DNA of 63,936 nucleotides, filler included, from Octopus bimaculoides (Eukaryota), in the NCBI RefSeq assembly GCF_001194135.2. It is 7 parts of 6 records of this genome, joined end to end, with 100 filler letters (N's around TTAATTAATTAA, not from the genome) between each part and the next. Parts side by side here need not be neighbours in the genome. Positions count along the whole stretch, not along the records: positions 13,123 to 31,278 come from NC_068995.1; positions 31,379 to 52,827 come from NC_068983.1; 5 more parts are not named here. One strand, 5' to 3'. Every line of letters starts with the position of its first letter. The stretch's first letter is position 1. The position numbers and the translations under genes were made by a program. The notes beneath the pieces are model-generated. The model was given only the letters and a program-made list of their open reading frames with translations. It was not told where the DNA came from and searched no databases. This document shows positions 28,953 to 41,480 of this stretch, in pieces.

Positions 28953-29890
28953 CAAAAACCACCACAATCAGACTGGCCAAATACCTTGAAACAACCAATG
29001 ATTGAATGCTGAAACTTGTTGAAAAACATGAAAGATCGAAAAAACTTTACTCTATTCTGAATGAGAGCAAAACATTCGCTACCGAACTCTTAGATACCCA
29101 CCAGCTTGATCAGGTTGAAGGAAATTCGCCAACTGCTGCTGCAAAGAAAATAAAATTAATTGCGAAGACAAAAGCACATGAAAAATTAGCTATCAGATGG
29201 GAACTGAAACCTCTGCATGGCAAGTATGTGGCTCGTAGCAAACAAGCTGATGTCGACCAGAAACACACGCATCAATGGTTACGAAGCTCAAGGCTAAAAG
29301 CAGAGAGTGAAGGTTCATATTAGCTACTCTAGACCCAAGCTTATTAACCCGGAACTACCAAGACAATGTGATAAAAAGGAGCTGACACAAAATGCCGATT
29401 CTGTAACGATGAGATTGAAACTATAGACCACCTAATCTCAGGGTGTAGAGTCTTAGTACTTGTTGAATATAAAGTAAGACATGACAGAGTCGGCCATTAT
29501 TTACTGTGGACAATATGTCGGCATTATAAAATCAAAATGCTGACAAATGATATAAACACCATCCTGAAGTTGTGACCGAGGGAGAAAATGTGTCGATTCT
29601 CTGGGCCTTCTCCGTACATAGCAATAAAACTATGAAAGCTAATAAACCGGATATTATTATGAAAGATCAGACAAAGAAGATGTGTTTATTAATTGACATG
29701 AGTATCCCTTGCGATCATAATATAGCGGCGAAAGAATTTGACAAGATCAGTAAATATAAAGACTTGCTAATAGAAATTGAAAAAAAACATGGCACCCCAA
29801 GGCGACTACTGTACCAGTGATTGTAGGATCTCTAGGAATGATAAAAAAAGTACTGAAACTTATTTGAAAATGATTACCAGGCTTACACAT
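28953..29890 (+). mobile_element. R4/Dong-like subfamily 1 fragment: thumb, CCHC zinc knuckle and RLE
   Basis: KPLHGKY, HQWLRSSRLKAESEG, CRFCNDEIETIDHLISGC (CCHC), RHDRVGH and ANKPDIIMKD...LLIDMSIPCD...KEFDKISKY (PD..D..K RLE). Frameshifted. Confidence 0.92.
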
Positions 29891-30834
29891 TTTATATGAT
29901 GAGATCCAAATAACAGTACTTGGGACAGTATTATTCCTAAACCAATATATTTATCTTCGTGTGTTTAATGAGTTATATCCTCGAAAACTTTTCAATCCAA
30001 GCGTAATTTTTCCCAGAAATGAATTATGTTGAAATATCCTACTTAATTCTAGAAGTAATATTGTAAATATAAGCCATATTGTATAATCTATAAACATATA
30101 CTTCAGTCGATAAGAATGTATTTCGCTATGATATCAATATGCTTGGTATCACATACTGATATGGATGTCATCTGTTGAAACTGCAGCAAAGATTCAGTAT
30201 AAATATATATTCTGTTTGTCACTTTCTTTAATTATATGACATCTTAATTACAAGCATTAATCTCCCTTTCATCATTTCTAATCCAGTAAGAAATATAAAC
30301 AATATATTATTGTTTTAAATGTCCTAGCTTTCTTTCTTTTTGTTTTCGTTCTCTCTCTAAAAGCATTGTATCCAATCTCAAGTAGATGGCTCTCGAAATT
30401 AATGACTACATTACAACTCTATTAGAAATAGAAGCCAAATCTCACTCATATTTCACCGTACTGCTTGAAGAAAGATGATCACTCACAGATTCCCCAGTAT
30501 CTGTACCCCGGTAAAAAGAAAAAAATGTCTAATTGCGACTGATCGCATGTCAGCTACATCACGCCTGATGTCAATCAACGAAAAAGAAAACACAGTCAAT
30601 GATAGAGCAGTTTGCATCATACTTAAACGCAGCAGCTACAAAAAGTATAATCAGCAACCTTTCTGACTCCCTTCCTTGCTTTCAATTTACAGAGAATACT
30701 AAGCAATAAACATATTTGAGCGAGTGCGTTTGAGTACGACAGACATATATGTGTTTATATACTGTATATGCGTCCATACACACATATAAACCCATCCACA
30801 CACACCCGTATACACATGTATACATATACATTTT

Positions 30835-31190
30835 TTTTTAACTTGTTTCAGTCATTAAGTCGAGCAAATCGACCCCAAGACTTATTCTTTGTAAGCCTAG
30901 TACATATTCTATCCGTCTCTTTTGTCGAACCGCGAAGTTACGGGAACGTAAACACACCAGCATCGGTTGTCAAGTGATGTTCGGGGGACAAACACAGACA
31001 CACAAACATATGCACACACATACATACATACACACACATATATATATATATACGACAGGCTTCTTTCAGTTTCTGTCTACCAAATCCACTCACAAGGCTT
31101 TGGTCGGCCCGAGGCCATAATAGAAGACACTTGCTCAAGGTGCCACGCAGTGGGAATGAACCCGGAACCATGTGGCTGGTAATCAAGCTG
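30835..31190 (-). mobile_element. SINE family B, near full-length, with an internal (TA/TG/TACA) microsatellite
   Basis: Colinear with 62137-62511. Confidence 0.9.
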
Positions 31191-31378
31191 CTTTATTTCA
31201 TTAGATTGGCCATTAAGGCCTTACAAAGAGGGGACAAACAAGGACAGACAAACGTAAAGTAGCTGCGGGCTGGACACGNNNNNNNNNNNNNNNNNNNNNN
31301 NNNNNNNNNNNNNNNNNNNNNNTTAATTAATTAANNNNNNNNNNNNNNNNNNNNNNNNNNNNNNNNNNNNNNNNNNNN

Positions 31379-31435
<57 letters not shown>

Positions 31436-31739
31436 CGCGCGTCTGCACAGAAGAGCATATATTTTGCTGCCGATGCTTTGCTGAATATGTGTATGTTTAC
31501 ACGCGCGCACGCACACATATACCCCCAACATCCTCCAACCCACAGACACCTCACACACATAGTATGTGTATATATTTTCAGAGCTGGGGTCCCCCACGGT
31601 GACGTAGCAACATGTACGACGCTTTTGCTAATTGTTGTAGGTGCCCATATAATGGTGAACAGACATAAACAACCTCTCGACTCTTCTCTGCTTTTATTCA
31701 AGATGTAACAGATGGATGGAGAGAAAGTTGTACCAACAC

Positions 31740-31882
31740 TCGACTTCTACACATTTTGAACTGAGTTGAATGAAGCAACGTGCAATATAGTGCCTTGCGA
31801 AAAGACACAACGTGCTGCCCGCCCCATGAATTGAATCCATAACATTCTTAATCATGAATGAATACTCTAAGCATTAGACCAC
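31740..31882 (-). mobile_element. SINE family D (V-domain-like), degenerate copy
   Basis: GAAGCAACGTGCAAT..AGTGCCTTGC.AAAAGACACAACG resembles 40560-40620. Confidence 0.55.
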
Positions 31883-32045
31883 AAAGAAATTGTACTGGGG
31901 TTGACTTGGTCGAACAGACATTTCGATATTATTCTAGAAGCTTTATGCTTTGGATTCTTTATATGATAATCAGCTTTACCTAGTACCAATAACTTGGTTT
32001 TACTGTATCACTTTTACGGCAGAATACTAGCGCATACCAGAACCA

Positions 32046-32160
32046 TAGGCACAGTCGTGGCTGTGTGGTAAGAAGCTTGCTTTCCAACTACATAGCTCCA
32101 GGTTCAGTCCCAATGAGTGGCACTTTGGGTAGGTGTTTTGTATTATAGCCTGAGGCTATA
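32046..32160 (+). mobile_element. SINE family B head, truncated by (TG)n
   Basis: ATAGGC...TGGCTGTGTGGTAAGAAGCTTGC...GGTTCAGTCCC. Confidence 0.8.
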
Positions 32161-32168
32161 ATATGAAG

Positions 32169-32243
<75 letters not shown>

Positions 32244-32584
32244 ATATATGATACATATGTATTATGTATGTAATGCACACATAGTAGAAGTCAACTCGAG
32301 ACCAAGTAAGACCACTTCTCAGCAAGTCCGTACAAACGTTTCGAGAGTTCAGGAAGTTGTTGAGCGTAAATTTGCTTTGAGTGGATAAAGTGTTTCACAG
32401 CACTGAATCCATTTTTCAGTACAATCAGCTATAAAACCAGTGTACAACAGAGGTTAAGACGACTAGAAACCAACAGCACTTCAGGTTTTATTATACGAGT
32501 TTATCTCCTACAAGGACGTTTTAATGAGAACTTGTTTTTTTTAATTTTGTGTGTGTTTCAGGTTCTATATGTGACTGTTTAATC

Positions 32585-33600
32585 ATACCATGTACAAAAG
32601 AAGCCTCGGAACTGTCTGAATTTCAAAGAGGCTGTATTGTGGGTCAATCTGAATGTTGACATAGCGAAAAATAGTAGAAAACCTTGGGATCCCGCTTTCT
32701 ACAGTTAATAGAGTGCTTGTGCAATTGACCAGAGAGGGTAACGAGTCCACATCACCTCGCCCAGGTTGACCAGGGCCCTCTGACAAGACCCTTCTCTTTG
32801 TTAAGAGAAGTGTAGAGGATAATCCTTGTTGCAAGGTTTCTGACATAGCAGAACAAGTTGGTATCAGTCCCAGAACAGCTGACAGGTATCTCCACAAGCT
32901 TGGTTACTATGGCAGAGCAGCAAGAAGGAAGCCACTTCTTTGAACAGCCAATATCAAACGGAGAAACGTTTGGGCCAGTGAGATGGTGGAAAGGCCACTA
33001 GCATTTTGGGACACTGTCATATTCTCCAATGAATTCAGATTGGCTATATTTTCTAACAGTGGTCGAGTGTGGGTCTAGAGACTCGGTAATCAAGAATTTG
33101 ATGTGAAAAGATTGCAGCCAACAATCAAACGTGGCAGCTATTCTGTGATGGTCTGGAGAGCAATTTGGAGCAATGGTCAATCAGAGCTGGTGGAGTGTGA
33201 GGGAAACATAAACTCAGATAAATATGTGTCCATATTGCAGAAAGGACTCCTTCCAATCTTCTCAAGTGATGAAATGATTAAAGAAGACTCTTTATTTATG
33301 TAAGATGGGATTCCTTGTCACGCGGCTAAAATGACCCAAGATTTGCTGGAAGAGAATGGCATTAAAAAGCTTCCATGGCCAAGCCAGCCACCAGATATGA
33401 ACCCGATTGAACACCTCTGTGACATAATGGACAGGACACTTCTTAAAAAGAATAAGAAAGTATCTTCAAAGCCAGATCTTTTGAGATTACTGCATGAAAC
33501 TTGGTAAGAAATTCTACAAGAGAATATTCGTCATCTGATCAGTAACATGCCTAATAGGGTCTTTGCATTGAAAAATGCAAAGGGCATGTCTACTAAATAC
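32585..33600 (+). pseudogene. Tc1-family (DD34E) transposase pseudogene
   Basis: [36 protein letters not shown] (first D changed to N), SVMVW, M*DG..CH...WPSQPPDMNPIEHL (34 residues between D and E), LISNMPNRV and AKG..TKY. Several stops and one frameshift near 32660. TIRs were not confidently found. Confidence 0.93.
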
Positions 33601-34481
33601 ATATTCACATTGTTATGTCTCAAGCTACTGCTATCTAGCACCTTCGGATGATCTCTACTCAACCGCTACACAACTGCTACTCGACTGCTACTCAACACTC
33701 GACTGCTACTCAACACTCTACCACGGCCAGATTGCCTCTATTTATATGTCTTGGGAGATCCTACTTCTTCGCCTGGGGGCGTCGACACAACACACATTAT
33801 AACAATTAATAAATAATTCAAATATATAATTTCAGATTTAAATAAATTTTAATGATTATAAGGCTATCTATTTACTTCTGTCATGCCTGTGTATATACGC
33901 ACAAACAGATACATATGCATATCTATCTATCATTATATACATACATATATACTTATTTATATACATACATACATACATACATACATACATACATACATAC
34001 GTATATACATAGATATGCATGCATATAAATAACTAGTACACAGACATCTCACGTAGCATGACAATTTGTGAAAGGGTATACCGAAACAAATTCATGAATT
34101 TCAAAAATATATACACTTTTATTAATAATACCCTAAAACAGCTATAAAATTAGAAAAATTATATATTGTTTCAATGTGGAATAATTTCGTGTGTTTTAGT
34201 AATTTTTAAACACTTATCTAGCATCAATGTGCAAGTTATCTCGCCCTGTGGAAATGAATACACAATTGCTATGTGACAATATGTTTGTTTCTCTCAGTAG
34301 CTGAGATCCGAGTTAAATAAATTCAGATGGCAACTTTAAAAGATTTCAGCCTGTGAAACCGAAACGTGGTGGTTTCTTTAATTTATTTCGCAATCACCAA
34401 GCAATAGCATTACTAGTAATAGAATTCCTACAGGTCATATGTATTTGTGTGTGTCATATGTCTTTGTGTGTGTCATATGTC

Positions 34482-34600
<119 letters not shown>

Positions 34601-34627
34601 GTGCGTGCGTATGTTTGTGTGTGTGTG

Positions 34628-34760
34628 TATGATGCATGGCCTAGTGGTTAGGGTGTTGTACTCACGATCATAATTTCAATTCCTAGACTGGGTGGAGCGA
34701 TGTATTCTTGAACAAAACACTTCATCTCACTTGTTCTGCTTTCACTTCGATATCTGACGC
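34628..34760 (+). mobile_element. SINE family D head, degenerate
   Basis: TGGCCTAGTGGTTAGGG (A box) ... TTGAACAAAACACTTCATCTCAC. Confidence 0.65.
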
Positions 34761-35010
34761 TTAGTACGCCGTGCGCCTATTCGTCTAAAGAAGAATAAAC
34801 AAGATGGACGAGTCGATAAAAGTCGATATTGAAGGGTGTGAGGGAGTTCCCTCGAATGCTAAATGTGTATCAATGGACATAAAGAACGCGCAAAGTTTAA
34901 GAGAGGATTTTGGGACAAATGTAAGTATCACACAAATGGAAATAGATACCAGGGGACTGAAGTCAACGGTAGACTATTATGAACTTTTAAAAGATTTTAA
35001 CGTGGACATA

Positions 35011-36325
35011 TTAAGTGATGATTAAATGAGTAATTGTTTTTAAAAAAAGCTTCAATGAGGTCACTTGGATTGTGGGGTCAGAGTGACCTTCATTTCATCC
35101 ATTCATTTTTATACCATCCTTCTCATTCGTTTTCTTTTCCCCCCACTTTTGTGTTTTTGTCCATTTTTGTATTGTCCCTCTATGTTTAGCCCCATGTGGG
35201 CAATAAAGAAATAGTTGTTACAATCATCTGAAATGGAACTGTCAAAGCGCGATATTCGAGCAATTTTGCTATTCAACTTCAAAAAAGGACGTAAAGCAGC
35301 TGAAACTGCTCGCGATATCAACGAAACGTTTGGTGAGGAAATGACCAGTGAGTGGTCTGCTCGAAAATGGTTCAAACGATTTCGCAGTGGAGACCTGAGC
35401 TTTGAAGATCGAGAGCGTAGTAGATGCCCATCTGTCATCGATGACGGTCAATTAAAGACCGTCATTGAGAAAGATCCACGTAAAACCACTCGAAAGCTGG
35501 TAAAAGAATTTCAAGTTAGCCAGAAAACTGCTTGCAACCATGTGCATGCGATCGGAAAATCAAAAAAGCTTGACAAATGGGTACCACACGGTTTGAATGA
35601 AAATGCGCAGATGTGAAATTTGCTCGTCGCTTCTTATCCGTAACCAGACCGATCCATTTCTCGACCGTATTGTAACTTTCGATGCAAAGTGGATTCTGTA
35701 CAATAATAAAAACGTTCTTCACACTGGTTGGACCAAAATGAAGTACCGAAAACCTTCCCTAAACCCGAACTCTTCAAACAAAAGGCTATGGTGACTGTTT
35801 GGTGGTGTACTGCTGTACTCATCCACAATAACTGCTTAAAACCCGGAAAACTCATTACTGCAGAAACATATTGCCATGAAATTGCCAAAATCAACGAAAA
35901 ACTGCTACTACTCCGTCCCGGACTGGTCAACTGAATAGGGCCAATCATTGCTCATGACAATGCTCGACCACACGTTTCACTAATGACGCTTCAGAAGTTG
36001 AGGGAACTTGGTACGAAGTTCTTCCCCGCCCAGTTTATTCCCCAGACCTTTCTCCTACCGACTACCACTTTTTCAAACACCTTGATGGTTTCCTGCGAGA
36101 GAAGGAGTTCAAAAATCAAACCGATGCTGAAAGTGCGTTCAAAGAGTCCATCAGCTCCATAACTCCATATTTTTATGTTACCGGAATAAACAAACTTGTA
36201 ACTCGTTGGCAAAAATGTGTTGATTGTAATGGTACTTACTTTGATGAATAAAATTTCCGCATTGTTGAAATATATTGGGATGAATTTTATGTTTTAAAAC
36301 GTTGCTTACTTTTTACTCAGCTTGA
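35011..36325 (+). mobile_element. Mariner (DD34D) DNA transposon, TA-flanked, with degenerate TIRs; transposase pseudogene at 35233-36251
   Basis: MELSKRDIRAILLF.F.KG..AAE, WFKRFRSGD, KWVPHGL, RIVTFDAKW, MVTVWW, HDNARPH and YSPDLSPTDYHFF (34 residues between D and D), ending RWQKCVDCNGTYFDE*. It has frameshifts and a stop. TA dinucleotides lie at 35009-35010 and 36326-36327. Confidence 0.93.
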
Positions 36326-36414
36326 TATATATTGTACTGTTCCATGATGGTAAGGTCAACAAAGAAAGTATTCCATCTGGTGAGAGAGATAAATACTATT
36401 CACTAAATACAATA

Positions 36415-36607
36415 TATGTTTTTATGAGCTACTGTTAGTTTCATGCGATGAAAGCAGCTCAGACAGCATTTTTAACACGTCTGGTGCCTTAGCGCAGTCC
36501 TCAGGCAGATGATTGCCAGAGGATTGCCCTAAGGCACCAGACGTGTTAAAAAATGCAGTCTGAGCTGCTTTCATCGCATGAAACTAATAGTAGCTCATAA
36601 AAACATA
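36415..36607. mobile_element. 193-bp near-perfect palindrome (foldback/MITE-like element)
   Basis: The 78-bp outer arms differ by 2 substitutions and 1 indel, the 15-bp inner arms by 3 mismatches, and the loop is 6 nt (GATGAT). Both ends are TA. The palindrome is seen directly; calling it mobile is inference. Confidence 0.75.
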
Positions 36608-38129
36608 CATACATATACATACATATGTGTGTGTATGTATGTATGTATATGACGAGCTTCCGCAAAGTTTCCTGCTACCATTTCCCACCTGCAAGCTATT
36701 ATTAGTCAGCCCGAGGTTTCGATAGATCTGAAGAACGTGCATCTGTGCATCTTATAATTAGCTATAATCATATATTCCATATGATGTTATAAATAGTTAA
36801 AAGTTAATATTCTCTTCCTTGTAAGGAAGTGAGTAACCGATCTGTGACAATGATAATAAACGTTGCAAGTAGTCATCGTGTTTTTTCCAAACCACAGAAA
36901 GAATAATATTCTGTGGTTTACTGTTAGAGTTCTCGAATTTGTTCGTACCACTGAAGAATATATCTTGATGTAGTGTTTGTTTGACTGTTCCACATCATCT
37001 CCCGCCAAGTAAGTCATTCAAATTACGACAAGCCCATCTCTTGGATAGTATCTAAGTCTACATTATTCAGTGTCTCTTTCTAATTTTAAAGATGGTAAAG
37101 TGAAATTTCAAGATTTGACTGATATTCTTTACAGGTTGAGCGACCAGATAGTGACTCACTCGTTTTGGTCGAATTTTCGTTAATATCGATCGGAGTTCAA
37201 CTTAAAAGCATCTATCACCTATACTTGTTGAGAGTCACATAATATTCAAAAACCGTTTTCGTACAGTTTATTGTATTTCTCTGATTTCATATTTGACAGA
37301 TCTTTGCCTACACGAAGTACAGGAAATTAACAGGTGAGAATTAAGTGTTATACACACTTTTACTTTTTACCATCAAAATCTAAAATAATTAAATTGTAAT
37401 TTCAATTTAAATTTGGGAATTTCATATTTTCACTTCAAAAGTATTAATATAATATATTTTAAATTAATTCTAAACAATGTGAGATTTCCACCCTATGAGT
37501 GGAAAGTGGACAATTGACGTATTTTCATTCCTGATTTCTTCTATATTTTGTGGAAAATATTATGAAACTTAGCGCAAGAAATGAAATAAGGGATAAATAG
37601 AACATTTTACTTGTCTAACCGTTTTTATTTTAAAGAATAATCTTTAGAAAAATAATCTAAATATCATTTTACAGATGACAACACAAAAAAGCTTACCGAT
37701 TATTTCCATAAATTTATGTTAACATAAAGTATTGAAAATTATAATAACGATTTTCTAAAAGAAGCATGAAACGAAATTCTTTTGTTTCAGGATAAAGTTC
37801 ACTATTTCAGCGCCAGTACTTGACCGGTAATTATTTCAGTCATTCTAGAAGGTAAAGGCATTTACGGTTTGCAAGCATTTTATTCAAATATAAATTTGCT
37901 GATATAATTCAGTCACAATCTAGGAGGAAAATCCCGCAAAATCAATTAATATTACAAATTCATTAAAAGGAAAATGTGACTAAATTGATCCTTTAAAAAA
38001 AATTATTATGGAGTTTCAAAATTAGTTCAAGCTGAAACATATTTTTTTTTTTTGCCCAGTTAAAATATTTGTTAAGGTAATAGAACTTTCTTGTCAGTAC
38101 ACATATTTCTTCGTGTAAGACGCTAGTAA

Positions 38130-38290
38130 AACAGTGATTTCTAACATAAGCACAAGGCCTGAAATTTAGCAGAAAAAAGGTAAACTGATTATATCGACAA
38201 CAGTATTTGACTTGTAGTTTATATCATGGGTCCTGGAAAAATAAAAGATAAAAGTGACCTCGGCGGGATTTGTTGCATTTCTTATCACGA
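38130..38290 (-). mobile_element. SINE family A, degenerate copy
   Basis: GATTATATCGAC...AAAAGTGACCTCGGCGGGATTTG. Confidence 0.55.
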
Positions 38291-38294
38291 TGTT

Positions 38295-38940
38295 AGGGAC
38301 AGCTGGTCACTTAAATAAACATTTGTGTAAATGTTCTTTAAACATTCACATCTATGCCTCGCAAACCTCTGAGTTTTTTGACACGATATGGAAAAGCTGT
38401 GAGCTCTTGAATCCGAAGCTATTACAGTATTGGGTTCTAACTCTAGACGGAGAGGGCAGAATTTTTGGTATTATGCAACAGTGTTCAGTTCGATGGTTGT
38501 ATAGTTTTTCAATGCCAAAGTGAGATGCTAGACCTATCAGGATCTTCCATATATGTATCAGTGTATAGCTTTCGCATTTTCTCTGTCGAGAGCAGAGTCT
38601 CAATTCTTTTAACCTTACCCAACTGCTAATCTGTTGCACCGAAGCAATCTTCTTTATGTAGTGGTATTGGATTGCTTCGAGCTCCGCTGTTGGTTTGCTG
38701 CTTTATTGGTAACCATCAACAGTCCAGGTGACTGAGAATGAATGTTTTCCACGGCACTAATATAGCTTCCTTTTTCTTTGTTCTGAGTGATCTTGGATTC
38801 TATTAATCCAGTCGTTTTCACGTAGTTATCATCTTAGTAATATGCACACGGAATGATACATCATTGCTTATGTAGCTCTTACGTCATGAGCCGATTGTAA
38901 CTCCGAGATTGCAATATCCCCTGATCCTATGTATTCTGCA
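38295..38940 (-). mobile_element. CR1/L2 (Jockey-group) LINE, C-terminal RT/thumb fragment, degenerate
   Basis: SNDVSFRVHI, WKTFILSHLD, ELEAIQ..YIKKIASVQQISSWVRLKELRLCS.QR..E.Y.LIHIWKIL.GL and CNSFGFKSSQLF..V match the YWERLKxLxLYSLxRRRERY...WKIL signature of CR1-like C-termini. Confidence 0.8.
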
Positions 38941-39679
38941 TGTATGTATGTATGTATAAAAGATATGTGTATATGTATAAACATGCATATATAAACATGT
39001 ATGTATAAACAGGTATATAGTTATGCGTATATATATATATATTGGTACATCTATATATATATATGGTTATTTTTTGTGTTTGTGTGTGTGTGTGGTTTCT
39101 AACCGAAATACCTTGTCATGAGACTTAATTTTCATCTTCAACTCTCAAGGGATATTAATGACTTTTTGTTGTTCCGCCTAATTTACATATGAAGCATATA
39201 CATAGCAATCTTATCCCGTTTGTTCTGCCATACTCTCTGGTTAGAGATATGTTGTATTCGATGAAAAACACATGTTAAAATGTGAGATTATTGTAGCTGT
39301 AACAAGTGTAAAGAAATGTGTATAATGTCTCACGAGTATACATGCATGCGCGCACACTTTAAACGCATACCTCATACCAGAACAAGGATAAGATGCCTAT
39401 TGTTTTTTTAGATTTTAATGCATTTCAACTGATGCAGTTACTTTCAATATATATTCAAATCAAAAGAAAGAAGTTAACTTACATTTCTGCTTGTCTAAAT
39501 GATTATGTAAATCGATGTGTCTGATTAAGACAGACACAAAATAACCCTTCTATTGCGTTCCTAATATATATATATATACATATCTGTATACAAACAGGTG
39601 CATGTTTAGACACAAGATTATATAAAATTTTACAATCAAGTAGAAGTATTAATCTTGTAGAAGTGTTAATCCTGTAGAT

Positions 39680-39945
39680 CAGTGGTTCCCAAACTTTTTG
39701 GAGGTTGCTGCCCCCTTAGCACTTGAGCCACATTCCTAGAGCCCCCCCCCCCATTCACCACCACAAACATAGACCACTTTCTGCATCAAATTCAAAACAA
39801 CTGTATTTCAAAAATAAAACTTAGCCTAATTAACCCATTATTTTGTTGTTTTTACATCCATCGCCCCCTTTTGGCTACCCCATTATCGCCTCCAGTTTTC
39901 TTCAACCGCCCCCAGGCGCAGTATCGCCTGCTTTGAGAACTACTG
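39680..39945. mobile_element. hAT (Charlie-like) MITE
   Basis: TIRs CAGTGGTTCCCAAA and TTTGAGAACTACTG. The 8-bp flanks CTGTAGAT and CGCAAGAT match at 5/8, consistent with a decayed TSD. Confidence 0.75.
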
Positions 39946-40454
39946 CGCAAGATGTATTATTAATCTTGGTTGGTTGGGGCATTTCTGAAGTATGGGTATA
40001 CCTCAACTTACGTCGGTAATTGGTTTCCAACATATGTCACTTAACCTGTAAAACGAGGCAACACGAAAAAAAGCGCATGATAAAAATTTTATCAGTTTAT
40101 ATCTGTTTCAATAAATGGTTTGTAAATGTTTTCACGTGTATTTTATTTGATTTTTCGACTTCAGAACTGGATTTTAGAATTTTTAGAAAATTTTTTATGC
40201 TTTTACTACGTTTGATGAGACAGACGCAAAGTCTGTCAAATCAAATTGAAGTTTATTTTTACGATTAATTTCTTTCCAAAAAAAAAAAAAAACCACGGAA
40301 AGCCAAAAAAGACGTAACTCGAAGTAACATAGGTTGAGATATATGCCTGTATTCATTTTCAAGTAAGTAATCCAAATTGCCATACACTGGAGTGTTTTCA
40401 TTTGCTCTGTCTGAACCGTCTGCGAAGTTGTAGCTCAGCACAGCAGGCTAACGA

Positions 40455-40697
40455 AAATAAAAAAAATAAATGCGCCCTTTCAAAGCCTAGCCACGCTCAT
40501 GGCGTATTTGTTCCCCAGCTGGACGGGACGCAAGTCCATCGCAGTGTTACCCATTTTTGCTAGCTGAGTGGACTGGAGCAGCGTGAAATGAAGTGTTTTG
40601 CTCAAAAACACAACGCGTCGCCCGCTCCGGAAATCGAAACCACAATCTTACGATCATGATGCTGACGCCCTAACCGCTAAGCCACACGCGCCTCCAC
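40455..40697 (-). mobile_element. SINE family D: tRNA head and V-domain-like central core
   Basis: Sense GTGGCTTAGCGGTTAGGG (A box), GGTTTCGATTTCC (B box), TTGAGCAAAACACTT and CTGCGATGGACTTGCGTCCCGTCCAG. Confidence 0.85.
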
Positions 40698-41029
40698 ACA
40701 GGATGCTAACGAAGCACTTGTTAATTATGCACAGCTTCTGTTGCTTACAGTGTTGAAACGTACCACGTGGATGTTAAGTGTCTTTTTAAGCGACGTTGTG
40801 AAAGTAAAATTGTCAAGTCAACACTAACGTAGTAGTACTCGATGATTTTGATTTTGTGACGCATTGAAAATTAAACAAAAATTATTTGAGCATTTCACAA
40901 AGTAGGCTTAAAATTATCAGTGGACTTCATATGCAAGACTAAAAAATTGTTTTCAAAGTTGAACATTTAAGAAGAAAATCTATAGAAAACTATTGCTTAC
41001 TTTGTCTAATTAATCATACACGTATATAA

Positions 41030-41245
41030 GGCGTCGAGCTGGTAGAGTCGTTAACACGCCGGGCAAAATGCTTGGCGGCATTTCATTCGTCTTTACGTTC
41101 TGAGTTCAAATGTTGCCGCCGGGGTCGACTTTGCCTTTCATCCTTTTGGGGTTGATAAAAATGTCCTAGTCGAGTACTGGGGTCGATGTAAATCGACTAA
41201 TCCCCTCCCCCAAAATTGCTGGCTTTGTATCAAAATTTGAAATCT
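41030..41245 (+). mobile_element. SINE family A, full-length
   Basis: GGCGTCGAGCTGGTAGAGTCGTTAACACGCCGGGC...GAGTTCAAAT...GTCGACTTTGCCTTTCATCC...AAATTTGAAATC. Confidence 0.9.
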
Positions 41246-41400
41246 ATCAAACATGTATATAAAAAAAACATCAATAAATGTTTGACAAAACAATCAAGCA
41301 TTAGTAAAAATTTTCTAAAGCCTCAAATTATATTTTTAACAATCTTCGGTATACTTAGATGGTTCGTGCGACGCACCGTTCGAGGACCATTGCTGTAAGG

Positions 41401-41480
41401 CAGTGTTTCCCAACCTTTTCTCCTTGCGTAACCCTTCAAATAAATTACATGTCTCAAGGAGCCCCTACACAAAGAAAAAT
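41401..41480 (+). mobile_element. Left end of an hAT MITE (the remainder is probably in the gap)
   Basis: CAGTGTTTCCCAACCTTTT, similar to the TIR at 39680. Confidence 0.5.

Noticed and set aside
32280-33635. Candidate Tc1 TIRs (..GTCAACTCGAGAC and GTCTCAAGCTACTG)
   Set aside because: The similarity is too weak to define the ends.
33660-33720. Short tandem repeats (CTCGACTGCTACTCAACA; also at 12063-12098 and 39640-39679) as CRISPR-like or regulatory arrays
   Set aside because: Only 2-3 adjacent units with no spacers. These are ordinary slippage duplications in a eukaryotic genome.
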